From Eledone cirrhosa (taxonomy: Eukaryota), in contig OZ024745.1 of assembly GCA_964016885.1 (NCBI GenBank), positions 27,280,001 to 27,344,000 of the forward strand: 64,000 nucleotides of DNA. Direction: 5' to 3'. Shown one piece after another: positions 15,001 through 26,020 of this stretch. The notes beneath the pieces were generated by a model that searched no databases, was not told where the DNA came from, and worked only from the letters and a program-made list of their open reading frames with translations. Every line of letters starts with the position of its first letter. Position 1 is the stretch's first letter. Position numbers and translations under genes: made by a program.

Positions 15001-17903
15001 AACTCTGGTTACACTAACACAGTGTTTCACAGATGGTCTCAGAACTCTGGTTACACTAACACAGTGTATCACAGATGGTCTCAGAACTCTGGTTACACTA
15101 ACGCAGTGTTTCACAGATGGTCTCAGAACTCTGGTTACACTAACACAGTGTTTCACGGATGGTCTCAGAACTCTGGTTACTCTAAAGCAGTGTTTCACAG
15201 ATGGTCTCAGAACTCTGGTTACACTAACGCAGTGTTTCACAGATGGTCTCAGAACTCATGGTTCCACTAACACAGTGTTTCACAGATGGTCTTAGGACTC
15301 TGGTTACTCTAAAGCAGTGTTTCACAGATGGTCTCAGAACTCTGGTTACACTAACGCAGTGTTTCACAGATGGTCTCAGAACTCTGGTTACACTAACACA
15401 GTGTTTCACAGATGGTGTTAGAACTCTGGTTACACTAATGCAGTGTTTCACAGATGGTCTCAGAACTCTGGTTACTCTAACACAGTGTTTCACAGATGGT
15501 CTCAGAACTCTGGTCACACTAAAGCAGTGTTTCACAGATGGTCTCAGAACTCTGGTTACACTAACACAGTGTTTCACAGATGGTCTTAGAACTCTGGTTA
15601 CACTAACACAGTGTTTCACAGATGGTCTCAGATCTCTGGTTACACTAACACAGTGTTTCATAGATGGTCTCAGAACTCTGGTCACACTAACGCAGTGTGT
15701 CACAGATGGTCTCAGAACTCTGGTTACTCTAAAGCAGTGTTTCACAGATGGTCTCAGAACTCTGGTCACACTAAAGCAGTGTTTCACAGATGGTCTCAGA
15801 ACTCTGGTTACACTAAAGCAGTGTTCCACAGATGGTCTCAGAACTCTGGTTACACTAACACAGTGTTTCACAGATGGTCTCAGAACTCAGGTTACACTCA
15901 CACAGTGTTTCACAGATGGTCTTAGAACTCTGGTTACACTAACACAGTGTTTCACAGATGGTCTCAGATCTCTGGTTACACTAACACAGTGTTTCATAGA
16001 TGGTCTCAGAACTCTGGTCACACTAACGCAGTGTTTCACAGATGGTCTCAGAACTCTGGTCACACTAACGCAGTATTTTACAGATGGTCTTAGAACTCTG
16101 GTTACTCTAAAGCAGTGTTTCACAGATGGTCTCAGAACTCTGGTTACACTAAAGCAGTGTTTCACAGATGGTCTTAGAACTCTGGTTACTCTAAAGCAGT
16201 GTTTCACAGATGGTCTCAGAACTCTGGTTACACTAACACAGTGTTTCACAGATGGTCTCAGAACTCTGGTTACACTAACACAGTGTATCACAGATGGTCT
16301 CAGAACTCTGGTTACACTAACGCAGTGTTTCACAGATGGTCTCAGAACTCTGGTTACACTAACACAGTGTTTCACGGATGGTCTCAGAACTCTGGTTACT
16401 CTAAAGCAGTGTTTCACAGATGGTCTCAGAACTCTGGTTACACTAACGCAGTGTTTCACAGATGGTCTCAGAACTCATGGTTCCACTAACACAGTGTTTC
16501 ACAGATGGTCTTAGGACTCTGGTTACTCTAAAGCAGTGTTTCACAGATGGTCTCAGAACTCTGGTTACACTAACGCAGTGTTTCACAGATGGTCTTAGAA
16601 CTCTGGTTACACTAACACAGTGTTTCACAGATGGTCTCAGAACTCTACACACTAAAACAGTGTTTCACAGATGGTCTCAGAACTCTGGTTACTCTAAAGC
16701 AGTGTTTCACAGATGGTCTCAGAACTCTGGTTACACTAACACAGTGTTTCACAGATGGTCTCAGAACTCTGGTTACTCTAACACAGTGTTTCACAGATGG
16801 TCTCAGAACTCTGGTTACAGTAACACAGCGTTTCACAGATGGTCTCAGAACTCTGGTTACACTAATACATTGTTTCACAGATGGTCTTAGAACTCTGGTT
16901 ACACTAACACAGTGTTTCACAGATGGTCTTAGAACTCTGGTTACACTAACACATTGTTTCACAGATGGTCTCAGATCTCTGGTTACACTAACACAGTGTT
17001 TCATAGATGGTCTCAGAACTCTGGTCACACTAACGCAGTGTTTCACAGATGGTCTCAGAACTCTGGTTACTCTAAAGCAGTGTTTCACAGATGGTCTCAG
17101 AACTCTGGTCACACTAAATCAGTGTTTCACAGATGGTCTCAGAACTCTGGTTACACTAACGCAGTGTTTCACAGATGGTCTCAGAACTCTGGTTACACTA
17201 ACGCAGTGTTTCACAGATGGTCTCAGAACTCTGGTTACACTAACACAGTGTTTCACAGATGGTCTTAGAACTCTGGTTACACTAACACAGTGTTTCACAG
17301 ATGGTCTCAGAACTCTGGTTACACTCACACAGTGTTTCACAGATGGTCTCAGAACTCTGGTCACACTAAAGCAGTGTTTCACAGATGGTCTTAGAACTCT
17401 GGTTACTCTAAAGCAGTGTTTCACAGATGGTCACAGAACTCTGGTTACACTAACACAGTGTTTCACAGATGGTCTTAGAACTCTGGTTACACTAACACAG
17501 TGTTTCACAGATGGTCTTAGAACTCTGGTTACACTAACACAGTGTTTCACAGATGGTCTCAGAACTCTGGTTACTCTAACACAGTGTTTCACAGATGGTC
17601 TCAGAACTCTGGTTACAGTAACACAGCGTTTCACAGATGGTCTCAGAACTCTGGTTACACTAACACAGTGTTTCACAGATGGTCTTAGAACTCTGGTTAC
17701 ACTAAAGCAGTGTTTCACAGATGGTCTCAGAACTCTGGTTACACTAACACAGTGTTTCACAGATGGTCTTAGAACTCTGGTTACACTAAAGCAGTGTTTC
17801 ACAGATGGTCTCAGAACTCTGATTACACTAACACAGTGTTTCACAGATGGTCTTAGAACTCTGGTTACACTAAAGCAGTGTTTCACAGATGGTCTCAGAA
17901 CTC
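1..17903. repeat. 42-bp tandem satellite, ~425 units, consensus CAGTGTTTCACAGATGGTCTCAGAACTCTGGTTACACTAACA, with higher-order repeats; continues past the left edge of the window
   Basis: Continuous 42-bp periodicity read directly. Recurrent 43-bp (ACTCATGGGTCCAC) and 40-bp (ACTCTACACACTAAAA) marker units. The array ends at ...CAGAACTC|ATCGTTCCACGAG. Confidence 0.98.
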
Positions 17904-18651
17904 ATCGTTCCACGAGACAAATTTGACAAAAATGTACAAAATTTATAAAAATGTACATATTTTGTAAAAATGTACATGATCCCTTTCGATGACGGTAAAT
18001 CTCTCATCTAGGACGCGACATGTTGTGACACGTTCTCCGCCTCCAGCTTGGTCGCCTCAGCCACAAACTCCGGTCCTGCGGCTCGCAATGCAGAGGACAG
18101 GACAACAAGCAAATACCGGAGTTTGTCCAGCCGCTTCCTCAGACCCCGGACTGTTGACTTCCTCTGTCAAATCGAATCGATAGCAGCCCTGAGGAAGGAT
18201 CCCTGTGAGGCGGGTTGGCTGTTGCAGCGGGTGTCGCTAGCCATTGTCCGCGGAAATGTTTTTGCCACTTTGTCTGCGGGGTGCAGCCGAAACACCGCTC
18301 TGACCTAAGTGTAGACTCTATCACCCCATCCCCCCTTTCTTTCTTCCTTTGTCTAGTATTCCTTACTCTCCTCCTCCTTTTCCACTCATTTATGGCATTT
18401 ATAGTCTTTTCAAATGCCGCTATCTTTTTCTGTATGTCTAACCAAATAAAACTTTTTCGAAATTAAAAAAAAAGAACATCTATAAAATATACATAATTTA
18501 TAAAAAGGTATATATTTTTTTCATATGAATATATTCTCTCTTTAAAACAATATTTTATTACAAGTTTGTCCGAAAAGATAGGCTTTTTGGTTCAACGATT
18601 TTTGGAAAATCGTTTAAGGGTTCCGCAACAAAACATGTTTTGGAATCACTA
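17876..18651. mobile_element. hAT (Charlie/Buster-like) MITE 'A', interrupted by a CRE fragment; its left end is the last satellite unit
   Basis: Left end CAGTGTTTC and right end TGGAATCACTA. Flanking 8-mers are CACTAAAG and CTCTAGAT. The 3' subterminal AAGGGTTCCGCAA is shared with MITE B. Confidence 0.65.
17976..18473 (+). mobile_element. 5'-truncated CRE-clade non-LTR retrotransposon (restriction-like endonuclease C-terminus, 3' UTR, A-tail)
   Basis: Translates IPFDDGKSLI*DATCCDTFS...KYRSL...WLLQRVSLAIVRGN, matching the CRE RLE pattern GKxLxWDxT...QRxSxAIxRGN. W codon mutated to stop. AATAAA and A-run at ~18445-18473. Confidence 0.8.
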
Positions 18652-18659
18652 CTCTAGAT

Positions 18660-18775
18660 TAGTGTTCCTTCGAGTAGGTTAAAAAGCCCCCCCAGGATCC
18701 ATTAAAAACATTCTGGGGTTTTGTGAGATAATTTTTTTTGATAAAATTTAATCAAAATTCATTTTTCAAAAAAAA

Positions 18776-18853
<78 letters not shown>

Positions 18854-18991
18854 AAACACGGTTTCTTTCATATAATACTTTATTACAAATAAGTTCGTTG
18901 TAGATTGTCTGGAAAAAATAGAGGTATGGTTTCCGCAAAATTTTGAAATTCGTATAAGGGTTCTGCAAAAAAATAATTTAGAGAACCACTG
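18660..18991. mobile_element. hAT-like MITE 'B'
   Basis: Ends TAGTGTTCC and GAGAACCACTG. Separated from its neighbours by the 8-mers CTCTAGAT and CTCAAGAC. Confidence 0.65.
18781..18852. repeat. (CT)n microsatellite inside MITE B
   Basis: Pure CT run. Confidence 0.95.
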
Positions 18992-18999
18992 CTCAAGAC

Positions 19000-19229
19000 C
19001 GATGTTTCCCAATGTGGGTTCCAAAGAACCTCAGGATTCTGCAAACAAAAGTCTGAGATTCTGCGAGATTGGGTGCCTTTAAACAAGATATAATAAAATC
19101 TCGAGTGTACTTTTATATGCTTTAATGCAATTTTTGTCTTATTCAATGTATTATTAAAATTAAGGTGATAAGGATTGTCTTTAAAATATAGGCATGGGTT
19201 TTGTGACAATATAAGTTTGTGAACCATTG
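19000..19229. mobile_element. hAT-like MITE 'C'
   Basis: Left end CGATGTTTCCCAATGTGGGTTCC, right end GTTTGTGAACCATTG, followed by CACTGAGG. Confidence 0.6.
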
Positions 19230-19242
19230 CACTGAGGTAATA

Positions 19243-19470
19243 TAATACAATTGCTTCGACATTTGGTACAAGACCAACAATTTGAAGAGAAGAGGAAAGT
19301 CAATTATATTGATCCTAGCGCATTAATGACACTTTATTTTTATCAACCCCGAAAGGTTGAAAGGCAAAGTTGACCTCGGCAGGATTTGAACTCAGAACGT
19401 AAAAAGACGGAAAAAACACTGCCACACATTTATCCGACATCCCAACGACTTTGTCAATCCACCACCCCTA
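19243..19470 (-). mobile_element. tRNA-derived SINE family 1, decayed copy
   Basis: Reverse complement of GAGTTCAAATCC..GCCGAGGTCAACTTTGCCTTTCA..GGGGTTGATAAAA, shared with other copies in the window. Confidence 0.75.
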
Positions 19471-19716
19471 AGGTAATATAATTTGATTAGTTCTACTTTA
19501 TTTTATCGATCCCTTAAGGATGAAAGGCAAAGTTAACCTCGGCGGGATTTTAATTACCAAACGTTGGCTCTCTTCAATTTCAGATAACTTATGACTATAG
19601 TAAAGAAGGTCATGCCGAGAAAAAGCGAAGTGGAGGGTTTGCAGTTCATCACATCGATACACTAACAATTTTCTGCCCCATATCAATCCCAATTAAAAAA
19701 ATTCTATTATCTAAAA

Positions 19717-20098
19717 CTGGGGTCTCAAACTCGCAGACCCCAAATTACTTTTCTAAGGCTCGCGGCAAAGCAATTTTTGTGATTAATTAATCCCTCACTT
19801 CTTCCATACCCTTGCAATTTACCCATGAAATACAATAAAATAGGAAAGAAAGGAATTTACCTAAAATAAAAACGGAATTAAGGAAGAGTTGAAACGGAAA
19901 ATGTGTCCCTCTACATTTTGTACTATTTCACATATCCCACTTACTATAACATGATAAAAGTGATTTAAACTGTGAAGTTACATGCTTGAAACTAAATTCT
20001 GTAAATCTAAATCTTAGGTAAAACGGTCGGTTGACAATTGTATAAGCAAATTATATAAACATATAAGTATGTTTTTGAAACGGTGCGCGAGTTTGAAA
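19717..20098. mobile_element. hAT-like MITE, decayed
   Basis: CTGGGGTCTCAAACTCGC at the left and GCGAGTTTGA at the right (10-bp inverted match). Preceded by ATCTAAAA. Confidence 0.5.
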
Positions 20099-20394
20099 TT
20101 AGAAATTAGAAAATAGAAAATATAAGCTTTCACCGTATTTTAGACTAAAGAAATTTCTAGCCTGATAGTGGGGTTTATAATCCTCGGAGAAATGGAAAAA
20201 GATGAGTGTTGCCGTATATATATACATATGTATATATAATATCTTGCACCCAGTTCCGTTTACCAAATTTCGCTCACAAGGCATTGAACAACCCGAGGCT
20301 ATAGGAAAGCTCATTTGCTAAAAAAACCACGCCGTGGGAGTGAAACCGAAACAACCTCATGTACTTTTGAAAAATGTTGACCCATGAGTTTCAT

Positions 20395-20666
20395 ATATAT
20401 AGTGGTAAAGATGTTGGACTTACGATCATAATGTCATGGGTTCAATTCCTGGGTTGCATATTGTATTCTTGAGCAAAACACTTCATTTCACTCTGCTCCA
20501 GTATACTCAGCTGAAAATGAGTACTAGCAACAGCTGGAGGTTTAACCCTGCGATGGACTAGCGTCCTGCCCAGGAGTTTGGGGTCTTGTACTCTCAGTTG
20601 CTTCACGCCATGAAACCGGGATAAGCACCGGCCAAATGAGCCTTCTGGCTTAAGACAGACTAGACT
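20395..20666 (+). mobile_element. tRNA-derived SINE family 2 (CORE-like centre)
   Basis: A-box-like AGTGGTAAAG, B-box GGTTCAATTCC, TTCTTGAGCAAAACACTT core, 3' AACCCTGCGATGGACT...ACCGGGATAAGCAC. Paralogues at ~33970, ~37690 and ~52900. Confidence 0.8.
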
Positions 20667-20902
20667 ATCTCTCTCTTTCTCTCTCTCTCTCTCTATATGT
20701 GTGTGTGTGTGTAAAAGAGTTGTTTTGTTCCATCCAGATTGCCGTAGTGAAACAAAATGAACCGCTACGTGGTCGCCCTCTCTATTAGCACAAGGATACC
20801 CAAACCTTTCAGAGAATCGTCTTCTTTTGGAATCCTTGACTCCTATGCAACCCCAGGCGGGTAGAAAATTAAACAAGTATATAAATAAACCATTAAACAG
20901 AA

Positions 20903-20996
20903 TATAAGACAGACAGTGAAGAGTAAATCGCAGATAAGACAGATAGTAAAGAGTAAATCACAGATAAGACAGATAGTGAAGAGTATTCCGACAGAG
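20903..20996. repeat. 30-bp minisatellite, ~3 copies (ATAAGACAGATAGTGAAGAGTAAATCACAG)
   Basis: Direct tandem copies visible. Confidence 0.85.
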
Positions 20997-21336
20997 TAAA
21001 TATGTTTATATGTGTTACATGAAATGAATTTAAACTTTTCTAAATGAGTCGATATATTATTCAAAATACTCAAATATATTTTTAGGATAAAATTACATAA
21101 AATTATATGAAAAAGAAAGTAGGATTGAATTTTACTGTATTATTTTCTGTATTTTAATTCCTGATAGAAATATCAGACTTTGGTCCAAATGCTCAAACGA
21201 CTCCTTGGATAGCCCCACTCATTTATGGGTAGTTCCTGTTACCCCCCCCCCCCACACCCCCTGTGTTAGAATGACCTCATTGGTGTCGAATGAAAAAAGA
21301 AAAGTCAATATCGTCACGGCACGAACACTTTGGAAC

Positions 21337-21633
21337 CAGGGCCGGATTTAAGGGAAGGAAAGGGGGCAATTGCCTCGGGCCCCCTGCAGTGGGGGTGGGG
21401 CACCAGAGACGGCCGTAGCAATGTATTTGTGTCATCAGCAGGGATTTTTAGTTATAGGATGGTTAGAATTTTCGAATTTAATACCTGTATGTATAACTTT
21501 TCAATTCCAATAGCTTGCGCCAAGCTTACTTTCATATGTAAAATTTGGAGGTTTGCTTTGTATCCCCCCACACACCCCACACACACAACCTGAAGCGCCC
21601 TGGATGCCCCCCGAAGGTCTAAATCTAACCGTT
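21337..21633. mobile_element. MITE with CAGGGCCGGATTTA-type TIR (hAT/Tip100-like); paralogue at 63386-63692
   Basis: Left TIR CAGGGCCGGATTTA, decayed right end TAAATCTAACC. Internal sequence (GGTTAGAATTTTCGAATTTAATACCTG...) is shared with the 63.4-kb copy. Confidence 0.75.
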
Positions 21634-22767
21634 TAGAATCATACATCTTCATTATTATTTGCATGGGAATTATTCTAAAGAGCTTTCCTCTTTGTTGCTT
21701 CTTCTTCATGAGTTTAAACATAGAACCAGATTGGCAAATTCTATTCTGATAGTTTCTTCTCTCATACATCTCGCTTAAGGAATTCCCTTCCGGATTCCTG
21801 CTTTCCTGGCCACTACAATCTGGCCACTACAATTCAAAAGCAATACCAATTGTCATCGTCTCTCTGTCTTGTCCTGCTCCCTTCTCAGTAACCCCTTATA
21901 TTTTAGAGGCTTTATTGCCATGCTTGGGGTGAGTACAAACAAAAATCTCTTCGTTGGGAGATGTGGGAGGTTTAACAACAACAACCATCAATAAAAGCGA
22001 ACAAAACATTAAAAACTACTTGAACGATATACGAAAAAAAAAATACAAAAACAACATTGAACAACTCGATATAAACTGATAAAGCACTTAAGATAGTAAC
22101 ATTTGGTTAACACCTGCTGATGTTGACAGAAAATATTGGTCTGGTGGTAGGACATGTGCTAGTGATAATACTGATGGTGGTGGTGATGTAGTGGTGGTGG
22201 AAATAGAATACATCTGATTAGAGAGAGAGAAAGAGAGAGAAAATACAATAATAAGGATAGGAGATAAACTTAATTAATAAAGCCTTCCACGTAATTCTGA
22301 TGTTGATCAAGACTTTCTCCTCTATTTCACCTGTAAGTACATATATATTTGTTTGTTTGTACACATATAGCGGGTACAGATACGGGCACGCGCACACACA
22401 CACAAACACACACCTACAATCATGTTTACGTCAATATACATATTACTGGGTGGTTATGAAGTTGGTTTTGTAACCACGTTTCCTAGTTCAAGTCGGCTGG
22501 GTGGCACTTTAGGCAACTGTGTTCCTCATGATTGACAGATTACGTATTATGCTATTTTTCAGGACAGCAGGCTACCGTTTTTTATTCCAGTTACCTGTTA
22601 CCTTAAACTATTACCCAGTTCGTAGTTATAAACCACACCACATGTAGCTATAAAACATGGCGTGTATAACCTCCCTCTATTACTTTTTGAGGTAAGCCAA
22701 CACCCTGATAGCATTACTGTGGGTGATAGCGAGGTTAAGGCTCTGGAACAACCAGGCACCCTCACGG

Positions 22768-23020
22768 GCATCACCTGACACCTCGGTAAGGCGAGCCACC
22801 ACCAATGACAAGAACTTCGTTGTTAGCGACACGCATCACCGAACATCTCGGTAAGGCGAGTCATTAACAATGACAAGAACTTCGTTGTTAGCGACACGCA
22901 TCACCGAACATCTCGGTAAGGCGAGTCATTAACAATGACAAGAACTTTGTTGTCAGCGGTCCGCATCACTGGACACCTCGGTAAAGTGGAGTTGCTAAAG
23001 ATGACAAGAGCTTCGTTGTC
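22768..23020. repeat. 65-bp tandem repeat, ~4 copies
   Basis: CGGTAA recurs at 22784, 22849, 22914 and 22979. Confidence 0.9.
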
Positions 23021-23328
23021 TCCAGTCCCACATGTTGGAAAAATAGTTTGCTGATGATTCCAATCCGGCTATGGAAGCAGTGACTATCATCTTTACCGCA
23101 GCATCCAGAATGGTGGGGTGGAGCAAAAGAGTCACTGACTGTAACGTCCTATATTGAATATTATACCAAATGAGGAGGAATAGATGATGTAACAGTTATC
23201 GTTGGGTATTATACGACTAAACGTTTCATTTTTGTGTTGATCGCTATTGAGACCTCTAGAGTTTTCAGACACCGGACTGCCATTTTCCCTTCGTCAAATC
23301 GTGAAGAGAGCATCACGTCATTATTATC

Positions 23329-23520
23329 GGTGGATTGGCAGTATCGGTAGAGGGTCGGACGCCATGCTTTGCAGCAAAGAGTTATGGCCCTTTATGGTCT
23401 GAGTTCAAATACCGCCTAGGTTAACTTTGTCTTTCAACCTTACGGGGTCGATAAAATAAAGTACCAGTAATACACTGGAATAATTGCTGGCCTTGTGCCA
23501 AAAGTAGAAAGAATTATTAT
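23329..23520 (+). mobile_element. SINE family 1
   Basis: A-box TGGCAGTATCGG, B-box GAGTTCAAATA, central domain, tail GGCCTTGTGCCAAAAGTAGAAA. Confidence 0.9.
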
Positions 23521-23569
23521 CGTTAGCTGTTCTCGGTGGCAACTCTTTCGTCCTCTTGTCCATGGGGGT

Positions 23570-23731
23570 CAGTGTCGGATTTAGGACAAATGAAGCCTTG
23601 TGCTAGTTAAGTTATGAGGCCCCTTACTTGAAAAATTAATCGTAACATTTTTTCGCAGGAAAATGGGCTCTCTCTGGCCAACGAGGCCCTGTGCTTAAAC
23701 ACACCTAAGCACAATGGTAAATCCGGCACTG
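23570..23731. mobile_element. 162-bp MITE with 14-bp TIRs
   Basis: CAGTGTCGGATTTA / TAAATCCGGCACTG (13/14 match). Flanks are imperfect 8-bp duplicates. Confidence 0.8.
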
Positions 23732-24236
23732 TATGGAGTGCAGCTGAGATATGTCGTCCTGTCCAGGGTGTAGAATTCACCACCTACTCATTTCACTCGC
23801 TTCTTTTTTACTTTTATTTTTTACCTTTATTTTTTCTCTCTTTCTTTTTTCTGCCAGTGTATATATTAACAAAATCATATATTTATATTTTTATATATAC
23901 CAACAAAGTCAATTAGAACTGATCTACAGGCAATCCATGTGTATGTGTGTGTGAGAGAGAGAGTATGTGTCTGTCTGTGAGTGTGTGTGTGTCTGTGTTT
24001 CTCTGTGTAAGTGTGTGCGTATGTGAGTGTATGTCTATCAGTGGCGTGTGTGTAATAGCTACATGGAAACTGCCGGCTTCCTGTGATTATCAGTGAAGAT
24101 CAACGAACGGAAAAAACTTCAACGTAACTGTTAAACTTTTGTTGTGTAAAAATATGTTATGTTCTGCATATACGTATTGAATGCTTTCTCAGTATTGTTG
24201 CTGAAAGTACAGGTATGCAGTGTTATTCCTTATACT

Positions 24237-24445
24237 GTGGATTGGCAGTATCGGTAGAGGGTCGGACGCCATGCTTTGCAGCAAAGAGTTACGACCCTTT
24301 ATGGTCTGAGTTCAAATCCCGCCGTGGTTACCTTTGCCTTTCATCCTTACGGAGTCGATAAAATAATCTGGAATAAAATAATCTGGAATAAAATAATCTG
24401 GAATAAAATAATTGCTGGCCTTGTGCCAAAAGTAGAAACAGTTAT
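24237..24445 (+). mobile_element. SINE family 1 with an internal 15-bp triplication
   Basis: Same head and tail as the 23329 copy, with (AAATAATCTGGAATA)x3 at ~24361-24405. Confidence 0.9.
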
Positions 24446-24977
24446 TTCTTATACTACACTTTACAGTGTTGATAAGACAGTTAGAATATGAAAAGTCTTG
24501 CCAACCAAACATTCTTGAATTTTTCAAATATTAATTAAAGTCTTGTGAAAAAGAGAAACCCTAGAGTTGTTTTTGTTTTAGTATCCTGCAGATGAATACA
24601 TATTGCGGCCCTTTACTTTCTGAGTTAAAGTCAACTTTGCTATTTGGTTAAAATTCCATCAAAGTCAAACTTGCTATTTATAAACTATTTCTTCGTTAAA
24701 CCCACTTTTTTGTGATGCAAAATAGTAATGAGGAGCCGGTTGAAAATATGAAGAGTAGTTGGATTTTTTCCAACTTATTCCAATGGTCAATAAAATAAAG
24801 TACCAGTTAAGTATGAGGCTGATTTGACTGGTCACACCCTTCCTCAATATGTATAACCTTAGACAGATATGTCAACTCTCCCCGTCCGACGGGGAGATCT
24901 TCCACTCACTTTGGGGTGTGTGAGAGATGTCTTCTCTTGTGAAAATGGGTATAGCTTTCATTATGTAAAATCTCCCC

Positions 24978-25164
24978 TGGGTGGTGGATTGGCAGTATCG
25001 GTAGAGGGTCGGACGCCATGCTTTCCAGCATAGTTACGTCCCTTTACGATCTGAGTTCAAATCCCGCCGAGGTTGACTTTGCCTTTCATCCTTACAGGGT
25101 CGATAAAATAAAGTACCAGTAATGCACTGGGTAATTGCTGGCCTTGTGCCTAAAGTAGAAACAA
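24978..25164 (+). mobile_element. Full-length SINE family 1 with 17-bp TSD
   Basis: TSD TTATGTAAAATCTCCCC at 24961-24977 and 25165-25181. Confidence 0.92.
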
Positions 25165-25789
25165 TTATGTAAAATCTCCCCATTTTGCCTAATTTCTCTC
25201 CGTTTGAAACACTTTTTTCATGGTACTCCTCCCTCCTCCACCAAAAATGTAAAATTGCAGGCCTTGTTCCTAAAGTAGCACTCATTATTTAAGAAAAGTC
25301 AATTTTCTCTGCGAGATTGTTCTTAATACTAAGGATTGTTAGGTCATTCAGCCATTCTTGTATCATTGATCTTCTCAAGAATCTCTTGATTCATATATTT
25401 CTGAGACAACTCTACTGTAACTCGCAATGTACAGATTAGTTTTCAGTATAAGACATATATCTATAAAAATGCCATTCAACTTGAATATTCATATTGTATT
25501 TAACAAAGGTTGAATGGATTCTTCTACATTCTTCTTTTTTGAAAATATCCAAGCGTTAAGAACTCGAAGAAAGTAAAACAAATTGTAAACTCTTAGAATA
25601 TGTAGAAATCTCAAACGCAGAAAATAACTGTAATCACAGTCAATTGTTATAAATAATAGTTAAGAAAATCGGGTAAAATACTTCTATGGACCGAAAAACA
25701 AATACTAGCAGCCGTAACAAAGAATCGAACTCCGCATTTTTTATAAACATCGACTGTGATTCAGAATTGAGAGATCACAGCTCCGATAC

Positions 25790-26020
25790 TATGAGCATGT
25801 GGTTCGAATGTCTCAGGAAAGAATCACTGGACAGATTTTATGAGCAAAACCAACCAACACTAGGTCCAACAAGATAATTGGATAACATCTATGAGCTTGG
25901 CTGATCACGCTTGGGGATCCAGCCGGATCAATTGCTTCTGACAGGACCCGCTGGAAGGAGTGTTTGGGGACTCTGCACCCATGAACTTCTCAGGAATGAG
26001 TGGCCGAAGAAGAAGAAAAC
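25790..26020 (+). mobile_element. RTE-clade LINE 3' end, decayed; same family as 61958-63025
   Basis: Decayed C-terminal coding remnant (...SRLGIQ...DRTRWK) and (GAA)n tail. Similar to the reverse complement of ~61960-62170. Confidence 0.6.

Noticed and set aside
1-17903. CRISPR-like array
   Set aside because: Units are contiguous with no unique spacers, there are no cas genes, and the context is eukaryotic.
1-17903. RSS heptamer CACAGTG in many units (RAG/Transib-like signal array)
   Set aside because: No ACAAAAACC-like nonamer at 12 or 23 bp. Many units read CGCAGTG or AGCAGTG. A hAT terminus explains CAGTG better.
71-17926. Long ORFs (up to 1094 aa) as genes
   Set aside because: The 42-bp unit is stop-free in several frames on both strands, and recurrent indel units break the frame. 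Not annotated as CDS.
23040-23092. CTGATGA followed by a TTCCA/TGGAA stem as a hammerhead
   Set aside because: No GAAA after stem II; it folds as a simple hairpin.
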